A stretch of 57,650 nucleotides of DNA from an uncultured Candidatus Saccharibacteria bacterium (GCA_964464735.1 CAYXKF010000005.1:1-57650), one strand, 5' to 3'. Shown: positions 26,648-35,749, counted from the first letter of the stretch. Translations and numbers: made by a program. The notes: a model not told the origin generated them from the sequence alone.

Positions 26648-27019
26648 CTATTGCAATTCGCCCTCAAGTTTTCTAATTACTGTTTTGTCTTTTTTCATAT
26701 CGGTACGGATCATACCAAAAAGGCTCATGTATACATTAGCAACCCACACCAATGAAAAACCTGCAATCAGAATTCCTCGCCAATCAGAATAGACAAGATG
26801 AAAATTAGTAATGGCAAGAATCGCAATAGTTACATAATGGCTAAAGCAGTATTCGCAGGTAAAAAGGTAAAAGAATTTGCGCACGGCAATTGACTTTGCG
26901 TGTTTGCTTTTATCGACACAAAATTCACGCGGTTCTCGAAAGACTTCTTCGTGCGTAACGGTCCATGCGATGCACGCAATGGGTATTGCCAGTATGAATA
27001 ATTGCAATACAGGATGCAT
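26648..27019 (-). CDS. hypothetical membrane protein (DUF1360-like pattern, tentative)
   Basis: 123 aa with 3-4 TM segments. It lies 2 nt upstream of the PAP2 gene. Confidence 0.55.
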   Translation of the reverse strand: MHPVLQLFILAIPIACIAWTVTHEEVFREPREFCVDKSKHAKSIAVRKFFYLFTCEYCFSHYVTIAILAITNFHLVYSDWRGILIAGFSLVWVANVYMSLFGMIRTDMKKDKTVIRKLEGELQ

Positions 27020-27025
27020 ACACTA

Positions 27026-27031
27026 ACTGTA
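27026..27031 (-). promoter_or_regulatory. extended -10 box (TGgTACAGT) 6 nt before ATG 27019
   Basis: The minus strand reads TGGTACAGT-TAGTGT-ATG CAT CCT. Confidence 0.4.
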
Positions 27032-27058
27032 CCATTTTTTATTACGCCCGAAAATACG

Positions 27059-27559
27059 CTAGGTTGTTGGACACAATATAGGCGTATATACAATGTCGCG
27101 CTTTGGCTGTGTTTTATCAGGAACCAATTTTCCGTTTTGTTCAACTAACGGATAGCGGTGTTTTATTAAACCATCTTGAGTAACCACATACTCTTCGGAT
27201 TCAATATTTTGCGATCCTTCAACGATATAAGCAAAATCAACCAGGATAGTGTTGCCATCTTTTTTAATCCCCGTAAGCGTTCCTTCGTACCCGTTGGCCA
27301 TGTCAGGTCCGGCTTGAGTACCCTTTTTAATACCTGTGACAGTATCTTGCAAGTAGGTCAAAGACACTTGTTCGTCAACCGCGTACGGTGCATCAGTAGT
27401 CGCAACCTGATGATACACAAAACAATACGTACCGTCTTGCATATTTGCAAAATCGGGCGTGACCATTGTTGGATCAATCAAGGTACCATTACTTGGCCTA
27501 AATATATACACCAGCATGGCTACGGCAATGATGCCTAAAATGATCAGTATCTTTTTCAT
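27059..27559 (-). CDS. secreted/anchored hypothetical protein
   Basis: 166 aa with N-terminal signal anchor MKKILIILGIIAVAMLVYIF. No family recognised. Confidence 0.55.
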   Translation of the reverse strand: MKKILIILGIIAVAMLVYIFRPSNGTLIDPTMVTPDFANMQDGTYCFVYHQVATTDAPYAVDEQVSLTYLQDTVTGIKKGTQAGPDMANGYEGTLTGIKKDGNTILVDFAYIVEGSQNIESEEYVVTQDGLIKHRYPLVEQNGKLVPDKTQPKRDIVYTPILCPTT

Positions 27560-28146
27560 AAATCAATTTCTTCGTTTACTTCGCGGCCAAACATATCAAC
27601 TAACGCCTTGTATTCATCGGGAGCCATCATGGGCAGGCCTAATTTTTTAACCTCGTCTTCAAGGTTCTTTTTTATTTCTTCGATATGCAAACTATCGGTG
27701 GTAGCGATTTCGGCTTCGTAATAATAAAATACCTTTGATCCGTCGCGGCTGATAGCCTTGGCAAGCGACCACTCGACGTTGTTCATCATAAATACCTCTT
27801 TTTCGCGGCGCATCCATAAGCCCTTGGTAATACCAAACGCCTTTACCATTTCGATCAGTTTTTGCCAGTCATTATCTGCCGACGGTATCGAAATTTCTTT
27901 GCGTGCGGTATTGAATTCGGATTCACCTTGCTTGACCATGACTTCGCACTTTCCGTTGGTATTACGAAGACGAATGTCCACCTTGCGCTTTAAAGGGTTA
28001 ATATCAAAGCCCGGATATCCATACAGCAAAATCATCTCGCGCTTTTGGTCTTCGACATGCGTACCAAATTGCACCAGCACATCTTTAAGCGCTGTATACC
28101 CTGCTTCGTCTAATTGTCCGCGAATTTCTACTTCGATCATGGACAT
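27556..28146 (-). CDS. CYTH-like domain protein (tentative)
   Basis: 196 aa. The N-terminal IEVEIRG resembles the CYTH ExExK start, with alternating charged beta-strand pattern (DIRLRN, CEVMVKQGES). There is a 4-nt overlap with the downstream gene. Confidence 0.45.
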   Translation of the reverse strand: MSMIEVEIRGQLDEAGYTALKDVLVQFGTHVEDQKREMILLYGYPGFDINPLKRKVDIRLRNTNGKCEVMVKQGESEFNTARKEISIPSADNDWQKLIEMVKAFGITKGLWMRREKEVFMMNNVEWSLAKAISRDGSKVFYYYEAEIATTDSLHIEEIKKNLEDEVKKLGLPMMAPDEYKALVDMFGREVNEEIDL

Positions 28147-28147
28147 T

Positions 28148-31100
28148 TTACATTGCCGCTAATGCTGCTATCGTCTTTGGTCCCACAATACCATCTACCA
28201 CCAAAGCGCGAGCATGCTGAAATTTCTTTATTGCCGCAAGTGTCTTTTGACCAAAATAGACTGTTTCGTTTCCTTGCGACCCCGGACCAGTGGCAGCCAC
28301 TGCGAACCCGGCCTTATTCAAGGCTGCCTGAAGCGCACGAACATCTTCCCCCGTCATGGTAAATTTTAATGTGCGATGAATGTCCAATACAGCAGGCACA
28401 GGAGTTGTTGGCTGGGTAACAGTAACTACTGGCGGAGCAATTATAGGATGCTTTTCGCGCCATTTTTTTGATCGGCCCCCCGATGACCCACTATCGGATA
28501 TCACGGTAAATGGCCCTATGGTTAATGTATTTGATTGGACAGTATGATAATCATCATCAAAACATCCTATGTCAACGGAATATGTTCCTCCAACCTTGAT
28601 GCCACTAATATAGGCAATCGCATCTTCACCCGCAGCATCTGTGCCTTCAATATGCACTTCGTAGCTACCAGGAATACTTGCTGATATAACTTCTGCAAAT
28701 GGTTCACATGCCTCTGAAGTTTGGAATATATATATCGCATCATCTTTTGTTACCAATGAAGGAATCTCATCAACGGTTGTGAGTACCGGCTCATCTACAA
28801 ATCGTACTTCGGTTATCGTATCACTTGCTGCCGGATTACCTTCGACATCCTGATAGACCATTGCAATATTGTATACTCCTTCACTCAGTGCTTCTACACT
28901 TGTTGATATCACCTCAGGGGCCAAACTTATATGCTCAGGATCAAGATGAAATGTTTGCGGAGTGCCGGCAGGTGCATCCATTAGATAGACTTCCACTTCA
29001 TCGCCAAAAAAATGCGGGACAAAATACATCGCTAGACTTTCATGTTCCATATCTTCTTCAATAGTAAATGTTATTTCAAGCGACTGATGCAACGCCTGCA
29101 AGCTCTCTGTCTCGGGAGCATGAATGATTATTGGCAATGTTTCATTATAGAAAAATTGCAGATATGGATATCCATCATTTTGCGCATCTTTTCGATACCA
29201 AATGTCATCAAAATCCCACGATGCATCAAGGAATGTCTGCGAATTGTTCATTTCGTCAGTTGTTTTTCCAGTAACACCGTACGCAGCAGGTGCTCCTGCA
29301 GTATCTGTGTCAACAAATGAACTAGTGATTGTCGGAGGACCCTCGAAGACTTCGCCGATAAAAGCGTTAAAATTTGTACCCGCTGTTACCAGTCCTTTTG
29401 AATATGCATTGGTAATCACTCCTCCGTTGGCTATACCAATAAAACCACCCGCACGCATACCCGCGTCCACATCGCCCATCGCAAAAGCATCAGTGATCGT
29501 AGTTAATGAAGCAGTGCCAAAAAATCCCCCCGCGTCGCTGTCGTCGGCATGCACATTGCCAGTTGCCAATACTTTGGTATAAGTACCACCTGCACCAAGG
29601 CAGCTATCATTGCCTGCAAATCCTCCAACAAACACGTTCCCAGACACATCTCCCGTTGCATATGACTGGTCATACGTCGATGTACAAAGTGCCTGTCCAA
29701 CAAATCCGCCCGTGTTTTCTCCGGTACCTGTAACGGTCGCATCAGTACCCGAATTAGTTATCGTTGACGTCATAATTGAACCACCAAAACCACCAACATG
29801 ATCAACTCCAGTGATTTCCCCTCCTTCGATGTATACACGATCGAATATCGCATCTTGCGCATAGCCCGCCACCGCACCAGTATAGACGTCACCAGTTACC
29901 GTAATATCCTCAAGCGTAAAATCCTCGATCGTTGCATTATCCAGATACCCGAACAGGCCATTAATATCGTCTCCCGTATCGATTGTTAGATCCGAAATAC
30001 TATATCCATTACCATTTAATGAGCCTGAAAAATGCCCTCCACTTTGCGCAACCGGCTCGAAGCCTTCACCCGCATTCCAATCAGCTGATTCAATGCAGTT
30101 TACATTACCGGTAAGTTCATAGTGTGCAGCTCGTTCATCCTGCATTGCCTGCAGTCCTTCACAGGTACGTATTTGATATGGATTCTCGGCAGTACCATCG
30201 CCACCAGCAAATAGCGCCTGTTCGCTGGTATATATATGGGCAGTATTACCCTTTGCTGCAACCAGTATTGAACCATCAGAAGATTGCGCTGATGCGAACC
30301 ATTGTCCGGTTCCTGCGTCAAATTGTTCTTTCCAGGTAGCACCATCATCGTTTGATACGTACATACTGCCATGTTCGTTCCATCCGACACCAGCAAGAAT
30401 TGCCGAACCTGTTGGCGCATAACTAACGGTCGCCCATGCTTTTGTCCCCAAGGCGGTGATTTGCGTCCATGTGTCACCAGTATCAGTCGATACATTTACG
30501 TATGTATCTTCTCCTAAGGCCGCAATTTTTGCCCCATCACTGCTCATACTTATGGTATTCCACGAAGTCGAAGGCGAAGTCGTCTCGGTCCAACTTGTAG
30601 CTGAATCAGTCGATACGTATATCTTTCCATTGTAAGGCGCAGCAGCCAAAACGCTTCCGTCGCCTGATGAAGCAACTGCAACCCACCGCCGAACCGGCAG
30701 TGTCGCATCTTGCGTCCATGTGGCACCAGTATCAGTAGAAATATATACTCGGCTAGTACTGAAATAGCCGGCTCCTGCGATCATCTTAGTGCCATCTTCG
30801 CTCATCGCAATCGAATTCCATTCTTGAGTTCCAGGACCAGTTCGTTCAGTCCATGTGGCACCCGAGTCAGTTGATGTATAGATGTATCCGTTGTATACAG
30901 TCGCAGCAAGAATACTGCCATCTTCTGACGATGCGATCGATGTCCACGACCGTGAGCCCGACGTTGTCCGTTCGGTCCAGGTTATGCCGCCGTCGGTTGA
31001 TGTATAGACATATCCATTATTTGGAACTGCCGCAATTTTTGCTCCGTTAGACGATACAGAGACTCCCATCCAAATGCGTGACCCTGCGCTGGCATGATCA

Positions 31101-31210
31101 TCCCAAATATACGAAGCATTAACTGACACCGCAAAGCCTGCTAATAAAATAAAAATTGCCCCAGCCACGACGATTCGCGACAGAACATAAAAAAATAAAG
31201 TGCGATACAT
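28148..31210 (-). CDS. large surface protein: signal anchor, 7 BNR/Asp-box beta-propeller repeats, GLUG-motif repeat region, unknown middle, Pro-rich linker, C-terminal peptidoglycan-binding domain
   Basis: 1020 aa. Seven ~42-aa repeats W.sia.S.DG..i.A....g.iY.StD.G.tWt; repeated GGF(G/V/A/F/I)G motifs; the C-terminus MTGEDVRALQAALNKAGF.....G.FG..T..AIKKFQ.......DGIVGPKT matches PG_binding_1. Confidence 0.8.
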   Translation of the reverse strand: MYRTLFFYVLSRIVVAGAIFILLAGFAVSVNASYIWDDHASAGSRIWMGVSVSSNGAKIAAVPNNGYVYTSTDGGITWTERTTSGSRSWTSIASSEDGSILAATVYNGYIYTSTDSGATWTERTGPGTQEWNSIAMSEDGTKMIAGAGYFSTSRVYISTDTGATWTQDATLPVRRWVAVASSGDGSVLAAAPYNGKIYVSTDSATSWTETTSPSTSWNTISMSSDGAKIAALGEDTYVNVSTDTGDTWTQITALGTKAWATVSYAPTGSAILAGVGWNEHGSMYVSNDDGATWKEQFDAGTGQWFASAQSSDGSILVAAKGNTAHIYTSEQALFAGGDGTAENPYQIRTCEGLQAMQDERAAHYELTGNVNCIESADWNAGEGFEPVAQSGGHFSGSLNGNGYSISDLTIDTGDDINGLFGYLDNATIEDFTLEDITVTGDVYTGAVAGYAQDAIFDRVYIEGGEITGVDHVGGFGGSIMTSTITNSGTDATVTGTGENTGGFVGQALCTSTYDQSYATGDVSGNVFVGGFAGNDSCLGAGGTYTKVLATGNVHADDSDAGGFFGTASLTTITDAFAMGDVDAGMRAGGFIGIANGGVITNAYSKGLVTAGTNFNAFIGEVFEGPPTITSSFVDTDTAGAPAAYGVTGKTTDEMNNSQTFLDASWDFDDIWYRKDAQNDGYPYLQFFYNETLPIIIHAPETESLQALHQSLEITFTIEEDMEHESLAMYFVPHFFGDEVEVYLMDAPAGTPQTFHLDPEHISLAPEVISTSVEALSEGVYNIAMVYQDVEGNPAASDTITEVRFVDEPVLTTVDEIPSLVTKDDAIYIFQTSEACEPFAEVISASIPGSYEVHIEGTDAAGEDAIAYISGIKVGGTYSVDIGCFDDDYHTVQSNTLTIGPFTVISDSGSSGGRSKKWREKHPIIAPPVVTVTQPTTPVPAVLDIHRTLKFTMTGEDVRALQAALNKAGFAVAATGPGSQGNETVYFGQKTLAAIKKFQHARALVVDGIVGPKTIAALAAM

Positions 31211-31342
31211 ACCGGCAAATTATACAGCATGCGCGCACAGTAATAAAGGAGATTGCGTTCAATATCGTCATTTGTTTGATTGCCACTTAAAAGCAATCTG
31301 TCTGCCAATAACCCCGGGTTTACCTGTGGTAAGATATGGGTA

Positions 31343-31567
31343 ATGAAAGTATATAAAGTACAGGTTCATCCAGATTCAAAAAGAATGCACATCATAGAGA
31401 CATCGCCAAATCATCTTAATATCTACGTTCGAGAAAGCGCGCTTGAAAATCGCGCAAACAAAGCCGCTCGTAGTGCATTAGCAGGCTGGCTGGCAATCGA
31501 CGAATCGAATATCCGTCTTATTGCTGGCCATCGTAAGCCTAATAAGATCTTTGAAGTACGGCTGTAA
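31343..31567 (+). CDS. DUF167 (YggU-like) family protein
   Basis: MKVYKVQVHPDSKR..I.......L.IYVRE.A.ENRANKAA...LA.WL......I.LI.GH..P.K.F.V. The track ORF from 31280 begins at a TTG extension. Confidence 0.6.
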   Translation: MKVYKVQVHPDSKRMHIIETSPNHLNIYVRESALENRANKAARSALAGWLAIDESNIRLIAGHRKPNKIFEVRL

Positions 31568-31574
31568 CCGAGGG

Positions 31575-31970
31575 TTATCCGTTTAAGACAGTAATATAAA
31601 TTTGCAACACACTTGCAAATGAAACCCATGCCAGATATGGGATATTGATATACGTTACCCATCGAGCATATGGATACACAGCAATCATTGCCCACACAAG
31701 TGTTATCCATACCAAGATAACATCAATGCTTGCAAGTACTAGATTCTGTAACCCAAACTGCAATGGAGTAAATACAACATTGAAAACCAGGTTTAATATA
31801 AATGGCAATACAATTATCCATCCGATTTTACCCTTGTACCACATATAACCAACATACCCGAAACTTGTAGCGATTAGTATATATAAAAATGTCCACACTG
31901 GACCAAACACGGTAGCTGGTGGTGCCCATGCGGGTTTAATTAGTTGTGCGTACCATTGATAATTTTGCAT
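31575..31970 (-). CDS. tspO: TspO/MBR family protein (short form, apparently lacking the usual first TM helix)
   Basis: WYAQLIKPAWAPPATVFGPVWTFLYILIA plus W/Y-rich helices. Only 131 aa. The start is supported by a TATAAT box 6 nt upstream. Confidence 0.8.
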   Translation of the reverse strand: MQNYQWYAQLIKPAWAPPATVFGPVWTFLYILIATSFGYVGYMWYKGKIGWIIVLPFILNLVFNVVFTPLQFGLQNLVLASIDVILVWITLVWAMIAVYPYARWVTYINIPYLAWVSFASVLQIYITVLNG

Positions 31971-31976
31971 AAATGA

Positions 31977-31982
31977 ATTATA
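31977..31982 (-). promoter_or_regulatory. -10 box (TATAAT) 6 nt before the tspO ATG
   Basis: The minus strand reads GGTATAAT-TCATTT-ATG CAA AAT. It is preceded by an AT-rich hairpin, TTTAGATA-N8-TATCTAAA, after the AKR gene. Confidence 0.45.
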
Positions 31983-32022
31983 CCAATAAAATTTTAGATA
32001 AGTTTTTGATATCTAAATATAC

Positions 32023-32877
32023 CTATTTAAGCAATTCTGGATTCGGCGAAAGCCTGATATTTTGATTAAGCGATTGAATGGCCTGCATGTCTTCGCTTGA
32101 TAATTCAAAATCAAAGACGTTGATATTTTCTTCGATGCGTTCTTTGTGCGTTGATTTAGGAAGCGGCACCACACCCACCTGCAGACTCCAGCGAATCAAC
32201 ACTTGCGCGTTTGTCTTTCCATGCTTTTGCGCAATTGTTTTAATGACATCATTTTCGATCATCTGCCCTGCAGTCAGCGGCCGGTATGCCTGTAGTATGA
32301 TGTTATTTTGCTTGCAGTAATCAAGCAGTTCTTTTTGATACAGATATGGATGAAACTCTACTTGATTCACCATTGGCATTACCGTTGCATAGGTTTTCAT
32401 TTCTTCAAGGTGCGTAATAGTGTAGTTTGAAACACCAATTGCTTTTGCTTTGCCGCTTTTGTAAATTTCCTCCATCGCTTTCCATGTTTCTTCGCGCTTG
32501 TTGATGCTTTCTACTGCCTCGGGATCGGCCGTGGGCCAATGCACTAAGTACAGATCAACATATTGAAGTCCCAGTGCCAGAAGCGATGTATCAATAGCCT
32601 TAAGGCCACTTTCGTACCCCTGATCCAAGTTCCACAGTTTTGTCGTAACAAAAATCTCTTCGCGCGGCATGCCTGATTCTTTGATCGCTTTTCCGACAGC
32701 TTCTTCATTGTAATAGCGCATCGCCGTATCAATATGGCGATAGGCGGCGGCCAGTGCCCACAGCACCTCGTTTCGCGCTTCTTCGGGGTCTTTTACCTTA
32801 TAGGTACCCAAACCAATAACCGGCATCTGTACACCATTTGCTAAAGTAACTTTTGAATTGATCGTTAGTTTTTCCAT
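32023..32877 (-). CDS. aldo/keto reductase (2,5-diketo-D-gluconate reductase-like)
   Basis: 284 aa with GLGTYK, IDTA..Y.NE..VG, DLYLVHWP and IGVSN. Confidence 0.9.
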   Translation of the reverse strand: MEKLTINSKVTLANGVQMPVIGLGTYKVKDPEEARNEVLWALAAAYRHIDTAMRYYNEEAVGKAIKESGMPREEIFVTTKLWNLDQGYESGLKAIDTSLLALGLQYVDLYLVHWPTADPEAVESINKREETWKAMEEIYKSGKAKAIGVSNYTITHLEEMKTYATVMPMVNQVEFHPYLYQKELLDYCKQNNIILQAYRPLTAGQMIENDVIKTIAQKHGKTNAQVLIRWSLQVGVVPLPKSTHKERIEENINVFDFELSSEDMQAIQSLNQNIRLSPNPELLK

Positions 32878-32883
32878 ATCTTA

Positions 32884-33300
32884 TTAAAGTCCAAAGAACC
32901 CGATTAAAATTGAGGTAATCCATCCGACGGCCGATATAACTCCTGACACAATAAGAAACCTTTTTTCATCTTTTGAAAGATTTGCAAACGCTGTCAGTGA
33001 TGCTTTTTTCATTAACCTTCCTATAAATATTCCGTTTAGTGCCAGTGTGGCTACACTTGCAAGCTTTGTATAAAATAACGGATTTTGCAGCATTTCGGTC
33101 CACAGCGGAATAGTCACTAACACTCCGGTAACAATCAAAAGCGCAAGTCCCACCATAACCAGCCGATGTACAAATGTTACTTTTTTTGCAGAAACAACCT
33201 CAATTCGACCAGTCATATACTGAAATCCGATATGATCAGCATACAGTATCGCAGGAGCGGTAATAATAAGTGAAATTAAATGCAATGTAATAAGATCCAT
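32884..33300 (-). CDS. hypothetical 4-TM membrane protein
   Basis: 138 aa with four hydrophobic helices. It is tightly packed, with a 1-nt gap to the cytochrome b5-like gene. Confidence 0.55.
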   Translation of the reverse strand: MDLITLHLISLIITAPAILYADHIGFQYMTGRIEVVSAKKVTFVHRLVMVGLALLIVTGVLVTIPLWTEMLQNPLFYTKLASVATLALNGIFIGRLMKKASLTAFANLSKDEKRFLIVSGVISAVGWITSILIGFFGL

Positions 33301-33301
33301 A

Positions 33302-33817
33302 TTATTTAAGTGGTCCGATTTTATATCCTGCTAATATATTTTCTGGTTTCGATTCACCTTGATGTTGTCCTTCAAACAATGCCGTGCCATCCTTTCCGCA
33401 TATTTTTAAAATCCTGCTTGATCCACCTGGGTGCTTTGAAACGTACGAAGTTAGGTCATATACTTCGTTATTAATAATTGTCCAGCACGAGCTTGCTGAT
33501 GAGTGCAAAGCAACTTCGCTGGTGGTATATCCAGGCGTCGAAGGAGCAGGTGTCGGAGTTGGTACTGGTGCCAAAGCGGGAGCAGGTGGCTGATTAGAAT
33601 GAGTGGATGGTTGGCTTTGCACAGGTGGCACATTTTGCACTGAAGGTTCTGGCGCATGACTAGCTGGTTCGGTGCTTATGGTATCAGGTAGCAAAGTTTG
33701 CATATTTTCATATTCTGCTAATTCGGCACGCTTTGCTAGTGGAGAAAAAATTGCATACGCAGCGGCGGCAATAATACATATTCCCAAAATCGAAAGCACA
33801 AGTGTTTTTAGTTTCAT
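33302..33817 (-). CDS. membrane-anchored cytochrome b5-like heme/steroid-binding domain protein
   Basis: TM anchor, Pro-rich linker, then CWTIINNEVYDLTSYVSKHPGG...I...CGKDGT..F. Start set at MKLKTLV (33817), which removes the overlap with the cupin gene. Confidence 0.75.
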   Translation of the reverse strand: MKLKTLVLSILGICIIAAAAYAIFSPLAKRAELAEYENMQTLLPDTISTEPASHAPEPSVQNVPPVQSQPSTHSNQPPAPALAPVPTPTPAPSTPGYTTSEVALHSSASSCWTIINNEVYDLTSYVSKHPGGSSRILKICGKDGTALFEGQHQGESKPENILAGYKIGPLK

Positions 33818-33821
33818 AAAA

Positions 33822-34220
33822 TTACTCGGTTGTTTTCCCATCAAATTCCTCGTCGTCGGCTTCGGCGATCTTTTTTGTGGCGTGCACTATGCCGTCTTGA
33901 TGGTGAGCTGGTGAATAAACAGTGTAAAGTTTCAAATCATCGGTCGAAGAGGTATTTATAACATTATGCTGTGCGCCGGCAGGAACAATAATCGCACTGC
34001 CGTCAGAAAGCTCGTATTCGTTTCCATCAATCACGCACTTCCCGTTTCCTTGTTCGACACGAAAAAATTGATCATTATCTGGATGGGTTTCCATCCCAAT
34101 CTCTTCGTTAGGCTTAAGGCTCATTAGTACCAACTGGCTATGCTGTGCAGTATACAAAACCTTTCTAAAGTTGTTATTATGAACCGTTTCCTGTTCAATA
34201 TTTCCATTAAATCCTTTCAT
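33822..34220 (-). CDS. cupin-domain protein
   Basis: G.ETHP..DQFF.V..G.G...IDG.E..L.DG.AI.VPAG..HNV.N. Start at MKGFNG (34220). Confidence 0.75.
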   Translation of the reverse strand: MKGFNGNIEQETVHNNNFRKVLYTAQHSQLVLMSLKPNEEIGMETHPDNDQFFRVEQGNGKCVIDGNEYELSDGSAIIVPAGAQHNVINTSSTDDLKLYTVYSPAHHQDGIVHATKKIAEADDEEFDGKTTE

Positions 34221-34240
34221 ACATTTATTATACTCCCAAT

Positions 34241-34705
34241 TTACAAAAGTGGCATATTTTGTTTGCGTACAATGGTGCTGCTTATTGCAAAGATCGAAAT
34301 AATAATAATGGTGCAAATAAAACATAATAGGCAAAATGCATGAATAAGTGCAATTTCGCGGTACATGATGAAAAAGTTAAAGAGCATGCCCGCACCCGAA
34401 AGACCCATTATTAGTTTTGCCGGCGTGCGCGCCATCTGATGCGTTACGCCCCAAATGGCAATCACTAAGATAATGGGATATACCACAAGCGCAATCCACG
34501 GAAAAGGGATTCCAAACACTTTTGAATACGAACTTTGCAGCACCAATGAACATGACGCAACGTTGCTTAAGTCGCAAAACGATGATCCGGCGATGGCTGC
34601 GGCAACCTTATAATGATACGCTTTAACGCTTAGGTATAAGGCATTTATTATTGCCACACCCGCAAGCGCAATGATGACACTAAACCTCGTTTTAATAGTT
34701 TTCAT
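34241..34705 (-). CDS. vitamin K epoxide reductase (VKOR) family protein
   Basis: 154 aa with 4 TM segments. Loop cysteines are FCDLSNVASC, followed by Y.KVFGIP, and the redox motif is CLLC in the last helix. Confidence 0.8.
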   Translation of the reverse strand: MKTIKTRFSVIIALAGVAIINALYLSVKAYHYKVAAAIAGSSFCDLSNVASCSLVLQSSYSKVFGIPFPWIALVVYPIILVIAIWGVTHQMARTPAKLIMGLSGAGMLFNFFIMYREIALIHAFCLLCFICTIIIISIFAISSTIVRKQNMPLL

Positions 34706-34711
34706 ATATTA

Positions 34712-34717
34712 ATTATA
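34712..34717 (-). promoter_or_regulatory. -10 box (TATAAT) 6 nt before the VKOR ATG
   Basis: The minus strand reads GCGTATAAT-TAATAT-ATG AAA ACT. Confidence 0.45.
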
Positions 34718-34848
34718 CGCCCGAAATTGTTGACCAACAACCACAATTATTGCTGACTCCTAAAACTTCCTTGCAAGCAATTTACGAAGCTTAAATTGTC
34801 GGTCATGAATCCTATGAGGCATAAATAAAAAAACATACAACTGAGCAT

Positions 34849-34876
34849 TTGACAAATAGTCAGATTCTGCTTTAAT
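34849..34876 (+). promoter_or_regulatory. sigma70-like promoter (TTGACA-16 nt-TTTAAT) upstream of the 34912 ORF
   Basis: TTGACA at 34849-34854 and TTTAAT at 34871-34876. Confidence 0.4.
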
Positions 34877-34911
34877 GAATTAAAGAATTTCTATGACCTA
34901 AAACAATAACC

Positions 34912-35166
34912 ATGAACAGAAAGGCTCCTATTAAAGGGGATACTCAATTATTTATTGAGTTATACCAGGGATATTTTTCTCGCCAAATACGCTTCAAGAT
35001 TCAACAAATGGGCAAGCGTGAAAGTGACCATCAATACATGGCCTCGGTGCATATCCCTCACGGCAAAGGCCATACCTACAGCGGCAAAGGCCGCAGCAAA
35101 AAAAAGGCCCGCAGCAATGCAGCAAAAAGTGCGCTGAATTTTCAAAAAAGGTGGTTACCAAAGTAA
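34912..35166 (+). CDS. stand-alone double-stranded RNA-binding motif (DSRM) protein
   Basis: 84 aa. L.ELYQ......RF......G..SDHQYMASVHI.....YSGKGRSKKKARSNAAKSAL follows the dsRBD alpha-beta-beta-beta-alpha consensus (G.G.SKK.A...AA..AL). Confidence 0.6.
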   Translation: MNRKAPIKGDTQLFIELYQGYFSRQIRFKIQQMGKRESDHQYMASVHIPHGKGHTYSGKGRSKKKARSNAAKSALNFQKRWLPK

Positions 35167-35170
35167 GAAA

Positions 35171-35197
35171 AAACGCCGACAGTTATTGTCGGCGTTT
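35171..35197 (+). terminator. rho-independent terminator after the DSRM gene
   Basis: AAACGCCGACA-GTTAT-TGTCGGCGTTT. The ORF-track start at 35186 lies inside this hairpin. Confidence 0.6.
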
Positions 35198-35218
35198 AAA
35201 GTATATTTTGCCGAAGTT

Positions 35219-35689
35219 ATGCGAAAGGCAAATAAAGAACTGGTTCGTCGTAGCATTACTAATGCGTTAGAGTTTGCCGATATGGTACAAGAAGTACTTC
35301 TAAGAGTTAATGTAACTGTTAACGATGCAGGACCCGGAGTGCGAATTTACGACCAGATAGCAATTTCCATTCATGGTATATATCTACGACCTGAAAATGA
35401 CAACCCTGAAACAATCAAGGATCAGGTAAAGAACAAAAGATGTTTTACCCTTGTCACAGGTCCGTATTACCCAAAGGAATTCGGCCGCTATAGTGGTAAA
35501 ATCAAAATTGTAGTTACACGCGTTTGTGATTTGGCAAAAGTTTCTGACGAAAAGTACAAAGAAATCCGCCGCGACAACAGCGAGGTATTAAAGCAGCACG
35601 GCTTTTCGATTCCATTCCCCGAAGCGTTTACTACACCTGAAGGAGTTTGGGATCCAAGCTTACCTCCTCAATTGCATTTCCTTGATTAA
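35219..35689 (+). CDS. hypothetical protein
   Basis: In-frame ATG 35219 (MRKANKEL) lies after the terminator hairpin. 156 aa; no family recognised. Confidence 0.5.
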   Translation: MRKANKELVRRSITNALEFADMVQEVLLRVNVTVNDAGPGVRIYDQIAISIHGIYLRPENDNPETIKDQVKNKRCFTLVTGPYYPKEFGRYSGKIKIVVTRVCDLAKVSDEKYKEIRRDNSEVLKQHGFSIPFPEAFTTPEGVWDPSLPPQLHFLD

Positions 35690-35749
35690 TGCTTTCGATA
35701 TTCAAGCTAATGACATAGTACATTTACAAGATTTTTCAACCACACAAAT

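Noticed and set aside
27041-27056. An 11-nt motif, TACGCCCGAAA, is shared upstream of the 27019 membrane-protein gene and the VKOR gene (34716-34726). I considered it as a possible common operator.
   Set aside because: There are only two copies, at different positions relative to the -10 boxes. In about 58 kb, hundreds of chance 11-mer pairs are expected, so the match is not significant without more sites.
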